Numbered from the stretch's first letter, positions 9,880 through 20,144 are shown. The stretch is 64,000 nucleotides of DNA from Alphaproteobacteria bacterium (GCA_018222605.1 JAAEZZ010000006.1:18071-82070); one strand, 5' to 3'. Notes: generated from the sequence alone by a model not told the origin. Made by a program: numbers and translations.

Positions 9880-12567
9880 ATGCGATTCCGCGAAGCGTCA
9901 GCTGACGGGAAGATTATGTCGAATTTCTCCAATCCTCATATGGAAGAGCCGGAAGGCGAAAAGCGGTTCCTGCCTGGACCGCCCTGGGTATGGACCTGGG
10001 CACGCCGCCTCATCATTCTGGGCTTTGTCCTTGGCGTCGTAGGCATGATCTGCCTGTGGCTCTATTTCGCTGCTCTTGGCCGGTCCGTGCCTTCAGTTGA
10101 AAAGCTGAAACAGTATGAGCCGCCAATTACCTCGCGAGTTCACGCTGGCGATGGAACGCTGATAGCGGAATTCGCGGACCAGCACCGGGTCTTTGTGCCT
10201 TATGAATCCATGCCGACACATGTCGTGCAGGCCTTTGTGGCGGCCGAGGACAAGAACTTTTTCACCCACAATGGTCTCGACTATGTCGGGATTGCCCGCG
10301 GTGCGGTGAACTCTGCCAAGAACAAGATCACAGGCTCTGGCGGTCTGCAGGGTGGGTCAACGATCACGCAGCAGGTGGCCAAGAACATGCTGCTGACGCG
10401 GGACCAGAACCTTCAGCGCAAGGCGAAAGAAGCCATCGTTGCGCAGCGCATGGAGAAGGAATTCACCAAGGAACAGATCCTTGAGCTGTACCTGAACGAG
10501 ATCTATCTCGGCTATCGCTCCTACGGTGTCGGTTCCGCCGCGCTGAACTATTTCGACAAGTCGCTTCCGGAGCTGGACCTGTCCGAAGCGGCCATTCTGG
10601 CTTCACTGGCCAAGGCGCCTTCCGCTGTGAACCCATACAGCCGCCCGGAACGCCTGCTGGCGCGCCGCAACTATGTTCTCGGCCGGATGGTGGAGGATGG
10701 CTACATCACGAAAGAAGAAGCGGAAGAGGCGATGGCCAAACCGCTGTCTACGACGCGCCGCCTGAAAGGCCCGGAATATGCCGCGGCGACCTATTTCGTG
10801 CAGGAACTGCGCAAGGACCTGATCAAGAATTATGGCGAAGACACGCTGCAACAGGGCGGTCTGTCCATTCGTTCGACCATCGATACACGTCTGCAGCTTG
10901 CTGCGCAGGAAGCCCTGCAGAATGGCCTGATTGCCTATGATCGCCGTCATGGCTGGCGCGGGCCGGTCACGACCTTGAACCCGAAGGATGGTGATGTCCT
11001 GGAGCAGCTTAAGGCGGTTGAGCTGCCCGGCGGCTATGGCACCTGGGAAGCGGCGCTTGTCACAAGCGTTGGCTCAAATGGCGCGGAACTGACGCTGACG
11101 GACGGCGAAACCATTCCGATGCCAGCTGAAGAAGTTAAGTGGGCCGCCACCTATAAGCCGGAGGGCGAGAAAGCTGGCCTGCAGGTTGGCCATGTCATTC
11201 TGGCTGAATTCAAGCGCAAGGAAGTCGACACGTCCAAGTCCGAAAAGGCGCAAAAGCCCGCGAAAGAAGAGGGCGATCTGGCCGAGACGGCAGAAGAGGA
11301 CGACATCAAGCTGGTGCCGATCGGCAATGCCATTCTGCGTCAGGTGCCGGCCGTGGATGGCGGTCTGGTCGCGCTGGACCCGCATACGGGCCGTATCCTG
11401 GCAATGCAGGGTGGCTATTCCTTCTTCAAGTCCAGCTACAACCGCGTGACACAGGCCAAGCGTCAGCCGGGCTCCAGCTTCAAGCCCTTTGTCTATGCGG
11501 CAGCGCTTGAGCGTGGCTACACGCCAGCCTCCCGTATGCTGGACGCTCCCTTTGTGGCCTTTGACGTTTCCACGAATGATTACTGGCGCCCGTCCAACTA
11601 TACTGAAGGGCGCACCTACGGCATGGTGACGCTACGGATCGCGCTGGAGAAATCGCTGAACCTTGTGACGGCTCGTGTCGCGCAGGATATCGGCATGGAG
11701 GCAGTGTCAAATCTGGCCGTGCGCATGGGCGTCTATGAAGAGCTGCCACCCTATCCGGCAATGTCTTTGGGCGCGGGCGATGCCTATCTGATCGACATGG
11801 CGCGCGGCTATGCCGGGTTCGTCAATGGCGGCAAGAAGATCACGCCGACGCTGCTGGACCGTGTGCAGGATCGGCACGGGCGCACCCTGTTCCGTCATGA
11901 TGAGCGTGCCTGCGATGGCTGTGAGGCCGAAGAGTGGGACGGGCAGGAACCGCCCCAGCTGGCCGAGATTGGCGAGCAGGTTCTGGACCCGATCATTGCC
12001 TATCAGGTGACGCATATGCTGGAAGGTGTTGTCGAGCGCGGTACGGGCCGCCGGGCCCTGCGCGTTGGCAAGCCGCTGGCCGGCAAGACGGGTACGACCG
12101 ATGATTATCGCGATGCCGTCTTCATGGGCTTTTCCCCAGATCTGGTGGTTGGGGTGCGTATTGGCTTTGATGACAACCGGTCTCTGGGCGAAGGTGAGGC
12201 GGGCGGTTCTGTCGCGGCACCGATCTTCACCGATTTCATGGAAAAAGCTCTTGAGAAAGAGGCTGCCATTCCGTTCCGGATTCCTCCCGGCGTGCGCCTC
12301 GTCAAGATCGATGCCCGCACGGGAGACCTGCCGGGACCGGGAACGGATGTCATCATTGATGAAGCCTTCCGCCCCGGCACTGAGCCCGGCATGAATGCCT
12401 TCCGCGATACCAGCGATTGTCTGTCCATCTCCGGTACCTGTGGGAATACAGGCGGCGTTTCCACCGGCTTTGACCCTGAGCGTGACGCAGGCATTGTCGA
12501 AGAGACCAATCCGATGAGGCCCCAGGCAGAAAAGCCTGCGGATGACAGCCTGGATGGCATCTTCTGA
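9880..12567 (+). CDS. mrcA: penicillin-binding protein 1A (bifunctional transglycosylase/transpeptidase)
   Basis: Glycosyltransferase motifs EDKNFFTHNGLD and GGSTITQQ are present, with transpeptidase motifs SSFKP and KTGTT. An alternative start is the ATG at 9916. Confidence 0.93.
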   Translation: MRFREASADGKIMSNFSNPHMEEPEGEKRFLPGPPWVWTWARRLIILGFVLGVVGMICLWLYFAALGRSVPSVEKLKQYEPPITSRVHAGDGTLIAEFADQHRVFVPYESMPTHVVQAFVAAEDKNFFTHNGLDYVGIARGAVNSAKNKITGSGGLQGGSTITQQVAKNMLLTRDQNLQRKAKEAIVAQRMEKEFTKEQILELYLNEIYLGYRSYGVGSAALNYFDKSLPELDLSEAAILASLAKAPSAVNPYSRPERLLARRNYVLGRMVEDGYITKEEAEEAMAKPLSTTRRLKGPEYAAATYFVQELRKDLIKNYGEDTLQQGGLSIRSTIDTRLQLAAQEALQNGLIAYDRRHGWRGPVTTLNPKDGDVLEQLKAVELPGGYGTWEAALVTSVGSNGAELTLTDGETIPMPAEEVKWAATYKPEGEKAGLQVGHVILAEFKRKEVDTSKSEKAQKPAKEEGDLAETAEEDDIKLVPIGNAILRQVPAVDGGLVALDPHTGRILAMQGGYSFFKSSYNRVTQAKRQPGSSFKPFVYAAALERGYTPASRMLDAPFVAFDVSTNDYWRPSNYTEGRTYGMVTLRIALEKSLNLVTARVAQDIGMEAVSNLAVRMGVYEELPPYPAMSLGAGDAYLIDMARGYAGFVNGGKKITPTLLDRVQDRHGRTLFRHDERACDGCEAEEWDGQEPPQLAEIGEQVLDPIIAYQVTHMLEGVVERGTGRRALRVGKPLAGKTGTTDDYRDAVFMGFSPDLVVGVRIGFDDNRSLGEGEAGGSVAAPIFTDFMEKALEKEAAIPFRIPPGVRLVKIDARTGDLPGPGTDVIIDEAFRPGTEPGMNAFRDTSDCLSISGTCGNTGGVSTGFDPERDAGIVEETNPMRPQAEKPADDSLDGIF

Positions 12568-12586
12568 CGCACTTACGATTTTGACG

Positions 12587-12625
12587 CTGTGAGGTGGGCA
12601 GGTTATAGCCCGCCTCTCAGTTTTT
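12587..12625 (+). terminator. rho-independent terminator after the PBP1A gene
   Basis: A 13-bp imperfect stem, CTGTGAGGTGGGC / GCCCGCCTCTCAG, is followed by TTTTT. Confidence 0.7.
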
Positions 12626-12657
12626 GGACCGACACATAAGAACAAGGGGCTGATCAC

Positions 12658-13771
12658 ATGTCCGCAGAAATCAAATCGCTCATCGACCAGATCCGCCAGT
12701 CGGCCGACTTGCTACGGAGGCGTCTTTGACTGGGACGTTGCCACAAAACGTCTTGATGAGCTGACAGCTCTTTCCGAACGTCCGGACTTCTGGGACGATC
12801 CGCAGGCCGCACAAGGCATGATGCGTGAGCGCCAGCGTCTGGCTGAGGGCATTGAAACCGTTCAGTCCCTGCAACAGGAAGCCAGTGACGCAGAAGAATT
12901 GCTCGAACTCGCTGAGGGCGATGAGAGCATGATCGCCGACATTGAGGCAACCCTGCAGAAGGCCGCTGCGCGGGCAGAGAAGGCCGAGCTGGCCGCGCTG
13001 CTGTCCGGCGAAGCCGACGCAAATGATTGCTTTATCCAGATCAATGCCGGCGAAGGCGGCACGGAGAGCCAGGACTGGGCCTCCATCCTGCGGCGCATGT
13101 ATGCGCGCTGGGCCGAAGCGCACGACATGAAGGTCGAGGAGATGGATGAGCGTGAGGGCGAGGAAGCGGGCATTAAGTCCGCCACCCTGCAGATCAAGGG
13201 CGAGAATGCCTATGGCTGGTTGAAGTCTGAAACCGGCGTGCACCGCCTGGTGCGGATTTCGCCCTTTGACAGTTCTGCGCGCCGTCATACCAGCTTCGCC
13301 TCTGTCAGCGTGACGCCGGTGATCGATGACAATATTGAGATCGAGATCAATCCCTCAGATGTACGTACAGATACATATCGCGCGTCTGGCGCAGGTGGTC
13401 AGCACGTCAACCGGACTGACTCCGCCGTGCGCCTAACGCACGAGCCGACCGGCATTGTGGTGCAGTGCCAGAATGACCGGTCGCAACACCGCAACCGGGA
13501 TCAGGCTTGGCAAATGCTGCGCTCAAAGCTGTATGAGCTGGAATTGCAGAACCGCCGGTCTGTTGCAGATGCGCAATATGCTGAGAAGAGCGCGATTGGT
13601 TTCGGCCACCAGATCCGATCCTATGTTCTGCAGCCCTATCAGATGGTGAAAGACCTGCGGACCGAGGTGGAAACCTCTGACACTTCCGGCGTTCTGGACG
13701 GGGATATCGACCTGTTCCTCTCAGCTGCGCTGGCAGCCTCCGTAGCGAAAGGCGAGGGCGACGAGGCCTGA
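12658..13771 (+). CDS. prfB: peptide chain release factor 2, made by programmed +1 frameshift at 12724-12730
   Basis: Frame 0 reads [23 protein letters not shown] and hits TGA at 12727. The +1 frame continues [12 protein letters not shown]... into the track ORF 12818-13771, which carries the SPF and GGQ motifs. Confidence 0.95.
12716..12730 (+). promoter_or_regulatory. RF2 autoregulatory frameshift site (internal SD GGAGG, then CTT TGA C)
   Basis: The sequence GGAGGCGTCTTTGAC is seen directly. It matches the classical prfB recoding signal. Confidence 0.9.
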
Positions 13772-13913
13772 CCTTGGGTGAGTGCGAACCGAAGTGTTGG
13801 CTGCTGCGCAATACCTGCTAGTCTTGGTTGGTAGGGAATAATCTTGAATGGATATGGTATTATCTAGGGTGTGCCTGGACGCTGTCTCCTCTTGAGTGTG
13901 AGCTGAGGCCAAC

Positions 13914-14543
13914 ATGTCCGAAAAATCGAAGGTGCGCGAAGCAGGAGATGCGGAGGCCGGGGCAGCCCGGCGCGGACGACCGCCGAGCGACAAGATCCTT
14001 GAGCGCCTGACGAGCGCCGCGCTCAAGATTATCGAGGATGAAGATGTAAGCTCTCTGACGATCGAGCGGGTCTGCAAGCTGGCCAAGGTATCACGCGCGA
14101 CGTTTTACAGGCGCTGGGATTCCATAAATCCGGTTTTCACGTCCACGGTTGCCCGAATCCTGCAGGATTCCAGCCCTCCTGTGATTGAGGGCAGCAACCT
14201 CAGGGAGAATTTGGAGCGAGGCATGCGGAACCGCGCCGAGCTTCTGGCAGACAAGCGAATTGGCGGGCTTTTCCGGCATGCCTTTTCCGTTGCCGGCACG
14301 GATGAAGAGCTTCGTCACCTGATACAGGAACTGGACCGGGAGCGGAACGCGCCGCTGATAGACCTGCTGCAGCGCGCACAGGATGAGGGACGAATAGAGC
14401 CGGGCATCCGCCTCGATTTTCTGGCCCACCAGATCTTCGGGCCCATATGGCACCGCTCGCTTCTGCTGCAATTGCCATGTGATGCAGATTTCATATCCGC
14501 TGTACTAGACGGTGTTCTGAAAGACATATCTCTTGACGATTGA
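13914..14543 (+). CDS. TetR family transcriptional regulator
   Basis: An N-terminal helix-turn-helix, LTIERVCKLAKVSRATFYRRW, is present. Confidence 0.9.
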   Translation: MSEKSKVREAGDAEAGAARRGRPPSDKILERLTSAALKIIEDEDVSSLTIERVCKLAKVSRATFYRRWDSINPVFTSTVARILQDSSPPVIEGSNLRENLERGMRNRAELLADKRIGGLFRHAFSVAGTDEELRHLIQELDRERNAPLIDLLQRAQDEGRIEPGIRLDFLAHQIFGPIWHRSLLLQLPCDADFISAVLDGVLKDISLDD

Positions 14544-14545
14544 AT

Positions 14546-14573
14546 AATTACGAAACAGTATTGTTTCGTAATT
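14546..14573. promoter_or_regulatory. perfect 12+4+12 bp palindrome, candidate TetR operator
   Basis: AATTACGAAACA gtat TGTTTCGTAATT lies 3 nt after the tetR stop and 70 nt before the TBDR start. It is AT-rich with no U tract, so an operator is more likely than a terminator. Confidence 0.55.
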
Positions 14574-14642
14574 GCTATTGTGTCATTTTCCTGACTGAGG
14601 AATGCGGATGGACCCGCGTGTTCCAGAGGAAAGGTTATCTGT

Positions 14643-16901
14643 ATGCAATTGTTTTCCGTTCGCCGTGTTCTGCTGAGCAGCTGTGCTTTGGTTCTGCCCT
14701 TGTCGGCACAGGCTCAAGCGCTGGCTGAGACGACACCCGCCCAGGACGCAGAGGTCAGCACCGTTGAGGCTGAACCTAAAGACGCTGACAAGGTTTATGA
14801 CGCGATCGTCGTTGTGGCTCAGCGCCGCGAAGAGAATCTCCTGGATGTGCCAAGCTCGATTGCCGCTGTCGGCAGTGAGCAGCTGGAAGCGACGTCCTCT
14901 CAGCGCGTTCAGGATGTCGCCAATTATGTGCCCAATGTGGACATCGCTTCCACATCTGCACTTGGCGCGACGCTGACGATCCGCGGTGTTGGCTCCAGCA
15001 GCCGGAATATCGGCTTTGATAGCCGGGCCGGCCTATACATTGATGGTGTCTATCTTGGCCAGTCTCCTGCGCTTGATCAGGACCTTCTGGGGCTTGAGCG
15101 GGTCGAAGTACTGCGCGGCCCGCAAGGGACACTGTTCGGCAAGAACAATGATGCCGGCGCCATCAACCTGATTACCAAGCGCCCCGGAGATACGTTTACC
15201 GGGGAAGCATTCGCGCGCATTGGTAATCTGGGCCAGGAACAATATGCGTTCCGCGTCTCCGGTCCGGTAACGGAAACGGTCTCTGCCAGCCTGGCGGCCT
15301 CCAGCGTCAAGCGTGACGGCTATATCCGCAACATCACCGATGGCGCAGAGACGCCGAGCCGGGATTCGCAAAGTGTGCGTGGCCAGATCAACATTGATGA
15401 TGGCGGCCCCTTCACGCTGTACCTTTCTGCCGATGCATTGTTCGCCAATGACCGGCCGAACAATGGTGATCCGCTGACGAACTCATTCGGCTCCGCGCTC
15501 GACACGGCTGCACCAGAGAGAAATGTCATCAGCTATACGTCGGGTCGTATCAAGGATGATGATCGTACGATCTGGGGTGTGTCTGCCGAGGCATCCTATG
15601 AACTGCCCAGCAACCATATCCTGAAGTCCATCACAGCCTATCGGGAAACGGAATTCAGCACGAGTTTTGACGCTGACCGCTCCGCGCTTGATCTGCTCTA
15701 TGTCAATTATGAGGATAATTATCAGCAGACGTCTGAAGAACTTCAGCTGATTTCCCCGGATGATGGACGTTTCACATATCTTGTGGGTCTGTATCTCTAC
15801 TCCCAGGATAGCGATACGAATCGTGACGCGTTGGGCGGCGCGCTGGGGAGCGCGCTGGGGCTGGCACCAGGAACCGGGGCGCTGAGCGGGGGTGAATTGA
15901 AAACCGAGAATGCCGCAATCTATGGCAATATTGCCTACGACATTCTGCCCAAACTGGAAGCGAGCCTTGGCCTACGCTGGTCATGGGAGAAGAAGACTGT
16001 CGATTGGTCGATTGACGGAAGCGCTGCACCAGCCTTCGGTATTGCAACAGGTACGGTCGATGAGGACCGTGTAGACCGCGACGTCTCGCCGACGCTGACT
16101 CTGACCTACCGCATCACGCCAGAGGTCAACACCTATGCCCGTTATTCGACGGGTTACAAAAGTGGCGGCTACAATCTGGATTTCATTTCTGCATCGATCT
16201 TCCCGGACGGTGTGGAATTCCGCAAGGAGACCGTCGACAATTATGAGATCGGCCTGAAGGGCGCGTTCTTCAATAATCGCGCGACGCTGAACCTTTCCGC
16301 GTTCACGGCGGATTATACCGACTATCAGGTTAATCAGTATCGTGAGCTTACCGGTGGTCAGACTGTCATTGCCATTAGTAATGCCGGGTCTGTGCGCAGT
16401 CAGGGTATTGAGGCAGAGGGCATGTTCCACGTGAATGACGATCTGCGAATTCAGGGCGGTATTGGTCTGCTCGACACGACCTTTACTGATTTCCCGGGTG
16501 GTGGTGCTGGTGGCGTGAACGTCGCCGGGAACCGCTTGCCGCGCGCGTCCAAGTTCCAGGGAACGATTGGCCTGGACTATGATCGCCAGATCAGCCAGGA
16601 GCTCAGCCTGTTTGCAGCGGCTCAGTATAGCTATCGTTCCACCTATTATGTGGAAGAGAACAATTACTCCACGCGTACGGTTGGCAGCGAAGTCATCTCC
16701 TTCGGCAAGGTGCCTGGATATGGACTTCTGGATGCCCGTGTCGGTATTGCGGGTAACAAAGGGTGGGAGCTGGCGCTCTATTCCCGCAATCTGACGGACG
16801 AGGACTATGTGGTCAGTTATGGCCGTGAATTCCTGGGGGCGCTTCTCGAATACAGAGGCGAGCCAATGAGCTGGGGGGCAGAAGCGCGCATCAGATTCTG
16901 A
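14643..16901 (+). CDS. TonB-dependent receptor
   Basis: It has a signal peptide, the plug region IVVVAQRREENLLDVPSSI, and a C-terminal beta-barrel ending in ...ARIRF. Confidence 0.95.
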   Translation: MQLFSVRRVLLSSCALVLPLSAQAQALAETTPAQDAEVSTVEAEPKDADKVYDAIVVVAQRREENLLDVPSSIAAVGSEQLEATSSQRVQDVANYVPNVDIASTSALGATLTIRGVGSSSRNIGFDSRAGLYIDGVYLGQSPALDQDLLGLERVEVLRGPQGTLFGKNNDAGAINLITKRPGDTFTGEAFARIGNLGQEQYAFRVSGPVTETVSASLAASSVKRDGYIRNITDGAETPSRDSQSVRGQINIDDGGPFTLYLSADALFANDRPNNGDPLTNSFGSALDTAAPERNVISYTSGRIKDDDRTIWGVSAEASYELPSNHILKSITAYRETEFSTSFDADRSALDLLYVNYEDNYQQTSEELQLISPDDGRFTYLVGLYLYSQDSDTNRDALGGALGSALGLAPGTGALSGGELKTENAAIYGNIAYDILPKLEASLGLRWSWEKKTVDWSIDGSAAPAFGIATGTVDEDRVDRDVSPTLTLTYRITPEVNTYARYSTGYKSGGYNLDFISASIFPDGVEFRKETVDNYEIGLKGAFFNNRATLNLSAFTADYTDYQVNQYRELTGGQTVIAISNAGSVRSQGIEAEGMFHVNDDLRIQGGIGLLDTTFTDFPGGGAGGVNVAGNRLPRASKFQGTIGLDYDRQISQELSLFAAAQYSYRSTYYVEENNYSTRTVGSEVISFGKVPGYGLLDARVGIAGNKGWELALYSRNLTDEDYVVSYGREFLGALLEYRGEPMSWGAEARIRF

Positions 16902-16961
16902 TGCGGCTTCGGGCCTGTCCATACAATACCTGATCCCCGGAAAAGCTTAAAAGGATACCTC

Positions 16962-18419
16962 ATGCGGATTCGACCATCTGAGTGCGGACATGCACTGTCA
17001 TCTGACTTTCAGTCATCCAGTGTGTCTTCAGGACGGAAGTGTCGTTCTGTCTGGCGTTCTCTTTTACTCTTTTCCGGTGTGATCATAGCTGTGACGCAAG
17101 CTGGCGCCCAAGAGGCAAAAACTGACGCGGCTTCCGCCGAGAGTGAAATTGCCAAGGGCGCGGCTATTGCTACGGGGGTCGGCGCCAAAGTGCTGTGCTC
17201 GGGTATCTTCATATCCCGTCGCAGCCAGGAAGATGTCGTCACGAACGATATTGCACCCCTTTGGCCGCCAGCCTCGGTCATCTCCTACGAAGTCGATGCG
17301 GCAAATCATTCGGTCAAGGCGCAGGTCGGCCCTTTCCATCGAGTGGCCAGTTATGATCCTGTATCTGGATGCACGCTGGATACAGGCCCGGCTGATCCGG
17401 AGCGTATTCCTGAGCATGTGTCTCAAGCGCCAGAGATTGTCTCCGCGGATGCGGCGCTTCAAGCAGCCTTCGATGCAGCCATGGCGGATCCGGAAGGTGA
17501 TCTGCGGACACGCGCGCTTGTTGTGATCCAGGATGGTCAGATTGCGGGCGAGCAATATGCAGAGGGATTCGATGCCTCCATGCCGCTGCTTGGCTGGTCC
17601 ATGAGCAAGAGTGTTACGGCTGCCCTCGCGGGCCTTGTCGTCAAGGATGGTCTGCTGAAGCTGGATGCACCGCTTCCCGTTCCGGAATGGAAGGGTGATG
17701 ACCCGCGCGCGGACATCACCTTGCGCAATCTGCTGCAGATGAGCAGTGGGCTGAGCTTTGTGGAAGAGTACACGCAGGACAATGACAGCGTTCGTATGCT
17801 CTTCCTGGAGCCTGACATGGCCGCCTATGCGGCCAACAAACCGCTTGAGGCAGAGCCCGGCACGGTCTGGTCTTATTCTTCTGGCACAACGAATATTGTT
17901 GCGCGCGCCCTGACGGAGACTCTGGGGGGAAGCGCGGCGACCCAGGCCTATCTGCGCGAGCGCCTGTTTGGCCCGGCTGGCATGAAGAGCGTGACTTTCG
18001 AACAAGACACGGCCGGAACACCTGTCGGCAGCTCCTATGTTTATGCAACAGGCAGGGACTGGGCGCAGTTCGGTCTTCTGTTCCTGAACCAGGGCAAGAT
18101 GGACGGGCAGCAGATACTGTCTTCTGACTGGGTGGACTTTGTCCGCACCCCGGCCCCCGCCAATGCGCAGGGTATTTACGGGGGCAGCTTCTGGCTGAAT
18201 GGCAAGGCAGAGGAGGGAGACGGTCGCTATCTGCCGGATCTTCCAGAAGATGCCTACTTCGCGATGGGCCATAACGGCCAAATTGTTGGTATTTTCCCAT
18301 CGCAGAATGTCGTGATCGTCAGGCTCGGCTGGACGACGGGAGAGAAGAAGTTCGATGCGAACACACATTTCAGCGCGATCCTGAAAGCTCTCGCCGAGGC
18401 GCCGACCGCGAAGCAGTAG
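16962..18419 (+). CDS. serine hydrolase, beta-lactamase/transpeptidase-like fold
   Basis: An SxxK motif (SMSKS) sits in a class-C-like context. The protein is secreted or membrane anchored. Confidence 0.85.
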   Translation: MRIRPSECGHALSSDFQSSSVSSGRKCRSVWRSLLLFSGVIIAVTQAGAQEAKTDAASAESEIAKGAAIATGVGAKVLCSGIFISRRSQEDVVTNDIAPLWPPASVISYEVDAANHSVKAQVGPFHRVASYDPVSGCTLDTGPADPERIPEHVSQAPEIVSADAALQAAFDAAMADPEGDLRTRALVVIQDGQIAGEQYAEGFDASMPLLGWSMSKSVTAALAGLVVKDGLLKLDAPLPVPEWKGDDPRADITLRNLLQMSSGLSFVEEYTQDNDSVRMLFLEPDMAAYAANKPLEAEPGTVWSYSSGTTNIVARALTETLGGSAATQAYLRERLFGPAGMKSVTFEQDTAGTPVGSSYVYATGRDWAQFGLLFLNQGKMDGQQILSSDWVDFVRTPAPANAQGIYGGSFWLNGKAEEGDGRYLPDLPEDAYFAMGHNGQIVGIFPSQNVVIVRLGWTTGEKKFDANTHFSAILKALAEAPTAKQ

Positions 18420-18678
18420 CTTTTAACGTTTCGCCGTTGCGGTGTTAAATGTAACGCGGCGCAGCCATAGTGCTTGAGACTTTCCTTGCCAGTGTGTGGC
18501 CATTGCCGCGCGCTGGCAGTTTTTTATGTGTTCCCGTGATCCCTCTGTTTATCACATATATGCATTTGCAAATCATTCGCATTGTCGTGTAAGGAGTTCC
18601 TTGTGTGTAATGAAATCTGCGCTGGCGACGGATTTCGATGACGCGCCCGTTCAAGGGTAGAAGACAAAACAGGGGCAA

Positions 18679-19821
18679 ATGATGCGACGCGTATTTTTCT
18701 GGACGCACTTTGTAATGGGTGCGCTCGCAGGAGTTTTCATCCTTCTGATGTCGGTTACCGGTGTCTTGCTGACCTATGAGCGTCAGATGATACGCGCTGC
18801 AGAGAATGCGGCGGTGGTCGCGCCAGAGGAAGCTGACCCTATGACGGTCGACGCCCTGGCTGAAGCCAGTATCGCGATGGGAGCCGAGCCCGGTCATGCC
18901 CTGGTCATTCCCAAAGACCGTACCGACGCGGTGACCCTGTCAAAGGGACGCCGCGACAATACCTTGTTGAACCCATACACTGCGGAGGCCATGCCGGAGG
19001 CGGGCGAGAAGACCAAAGCCTTCTTCGGACGGGTGATGCGTATTCACCGCTGGCTGTCTTTCTCTGGCGGACGCAGCGAATTGGGCGCGGCGATCAATGG
19101 CGCAGCCAATCTTGTGTTTGCCGGCCTGTTGATCACGGGTGCCATTCTATGGTGGCCGAGGACTTGGAAGTGGGCCTTCGTCAAGACACAGCTCTTCTTC
19201 CGCAAGGGTCTGCGGACCGCGCAGGCGCGGGACTATAATTGGCACCATGTGCTAGCGGCCTGGTCTTTATTGCCGCTGATTGCCATTGTCGTGTCTGGCG
19301 CTGTCTTCTCCTATGGCTGGGCCAACAATCTGGTCTATGCTGCCTTTGGCGAGAGCGCGGGCAGAAATGGTCCGCCAGCTGCGGCAGAGCAGGAAATACA
19401 GCCCTCGGAGATGCCGGCAGATTTCAAGGCCGCGTCACTTGAAACCCTGTTGGGACAAGCGACCGCTGATTACAAAAACTGGAAACGTGTCTCGATCACC
19501 TTGCCTGAGCCAATGGCTGAAACGGTTACAATGACCGTCGATATGGGCAATGGCGCGCAAGCGGGCAAGAAGCGGACCCTGACCCTTGCGCAAGATGGAT
19601 CGGGTGTCATTGGTTCGCCTGTTGGTGATGATGCCACTCCCGCACGCAAGGCGCGGATCTTCCTGCGCTTCATCCATACAGGCGAAGTCTATGGATGGAT
19701 CGGGCAGACGATTGCTGGCCTAGCCTCTCTCGCCGGTGCTATCCTAGTTTACACAGGTATCTCACTCGGCTTCCGGCGTCTCATCCGGATGCGCAAGCAG
19801 GCGAAAGCAAAACGCGCCTAG
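18679..19821 (+). CDS. PepSY-associated TM-helix protein (PiuB-like)
   Basis: It has multiple TM segments with the MRIHRWLSF motif and a basic C-terminus. The family is often linked to TBDR loci. Confidence 0.85.
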   Translation: MMRRVFFWTHFVMGALAGVFILLMSVTGVLLTYERQMIRAAENAAVVAPEEADPMTVDALAEASIAMGAEPGHALVIPKDRTDAVTLSKGRRDNTLLNPYTAEAMPEAGEKTKAFFGRVMRIHRWLSFSGGRSELGAAINGAANLVFAGLLITGAILWWPRTWKWAFVKTQLFFRKGLRTAQARDYNWHHVLAAWSLLPLIAIVVSGAVFSYGWANNLVYAAFGESAGRNGPPAAAEQEIQPSEMPADFKAASLETLLGQATADYKNWKRVSITLPEPMAETVTMTVDMGNGAQAGKKRTLTLAQDGSGVIGSPVGDDATPARKARIFLRFIHTGEVYGWIGQTIAGLASLAGAILVYTGISLGFRRLIRMRKQAKAKRA

Positions 19822-19832
19822 GCACTCACTAG

Positions 19833-20144
19833 TCAGGCGAAGAGGTCGCCTGTCTCTGTGTCGCGCTCCGGTGTCATGTCTTCACCCCTGTAAAAGCATG
19901 GGTGCTTGATGCGGCTGAAATTCTTGTGGCGCTCATAATGTACCCAGCCGCCATTTGGCATGCGCTGGCTCAATATGGGCGCGTCACAAACCGGGCAGGC
20001 GGAATGAAAGGATTTCTCCGGTCCGGCAGAGTCGCTGCGCTCCACAGGTACCCAGGAGGAAGCCACCTGAACAACCTGGCCGGAAGGTAGTTTGCGTGCG
20101 TGCGCACGCCTGCGAACCCATTTTATGGACATGGGACTCTCCAT
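19833..20144 (-). CDS. hypothetical small Cys/His-containing protein (103 aa)
   Basis: This is the C-terminal part of track ORF 19833-20558, starting at MESPMSIKW. It contains CPVC ... H ... HPC. No family was recognised and the start is uncertain. Confidence 0.4.
   Translation of the reverse strand: MESPMSIKWVRRRAHARKLPSGQVVQVASSWVPVERSDSAGPEKSFHSACPVCDAPILSQRMPNGGWVHYERHKNFSRIKHPCFYRGEDMTPERDTETGDLFA

Noticed and set aside
12818-13771. The track ORF treated as a stand-alone, N-terminally truncated RF2 gene.
   Set aside because: The upstream frame-0 segment and the CTT TGA C site show this is the second part of a single frameshifted prfB, not a truncated gene or pseudogene.
18558-18584. 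A Fur-box-like sequence, TGCATTTGCAAATCATTCGCA, upstream of the PepSY gene.
   Set aside because: By my alignment only about 11 of 19 positions match the classical Fur consensus. Alphaproteobacteria often use other iron regulators, so this is too weak to call.
18610-18660. A 16-codon upstream ORF (MKSALATDFDDAPVQG) ahead of the PepSY gene.
   Set aside because: The ribosome-binding site spacing is poor (13 nt), there is no obvious attenuator logic, and the ORF is too short to support from sequence alone.
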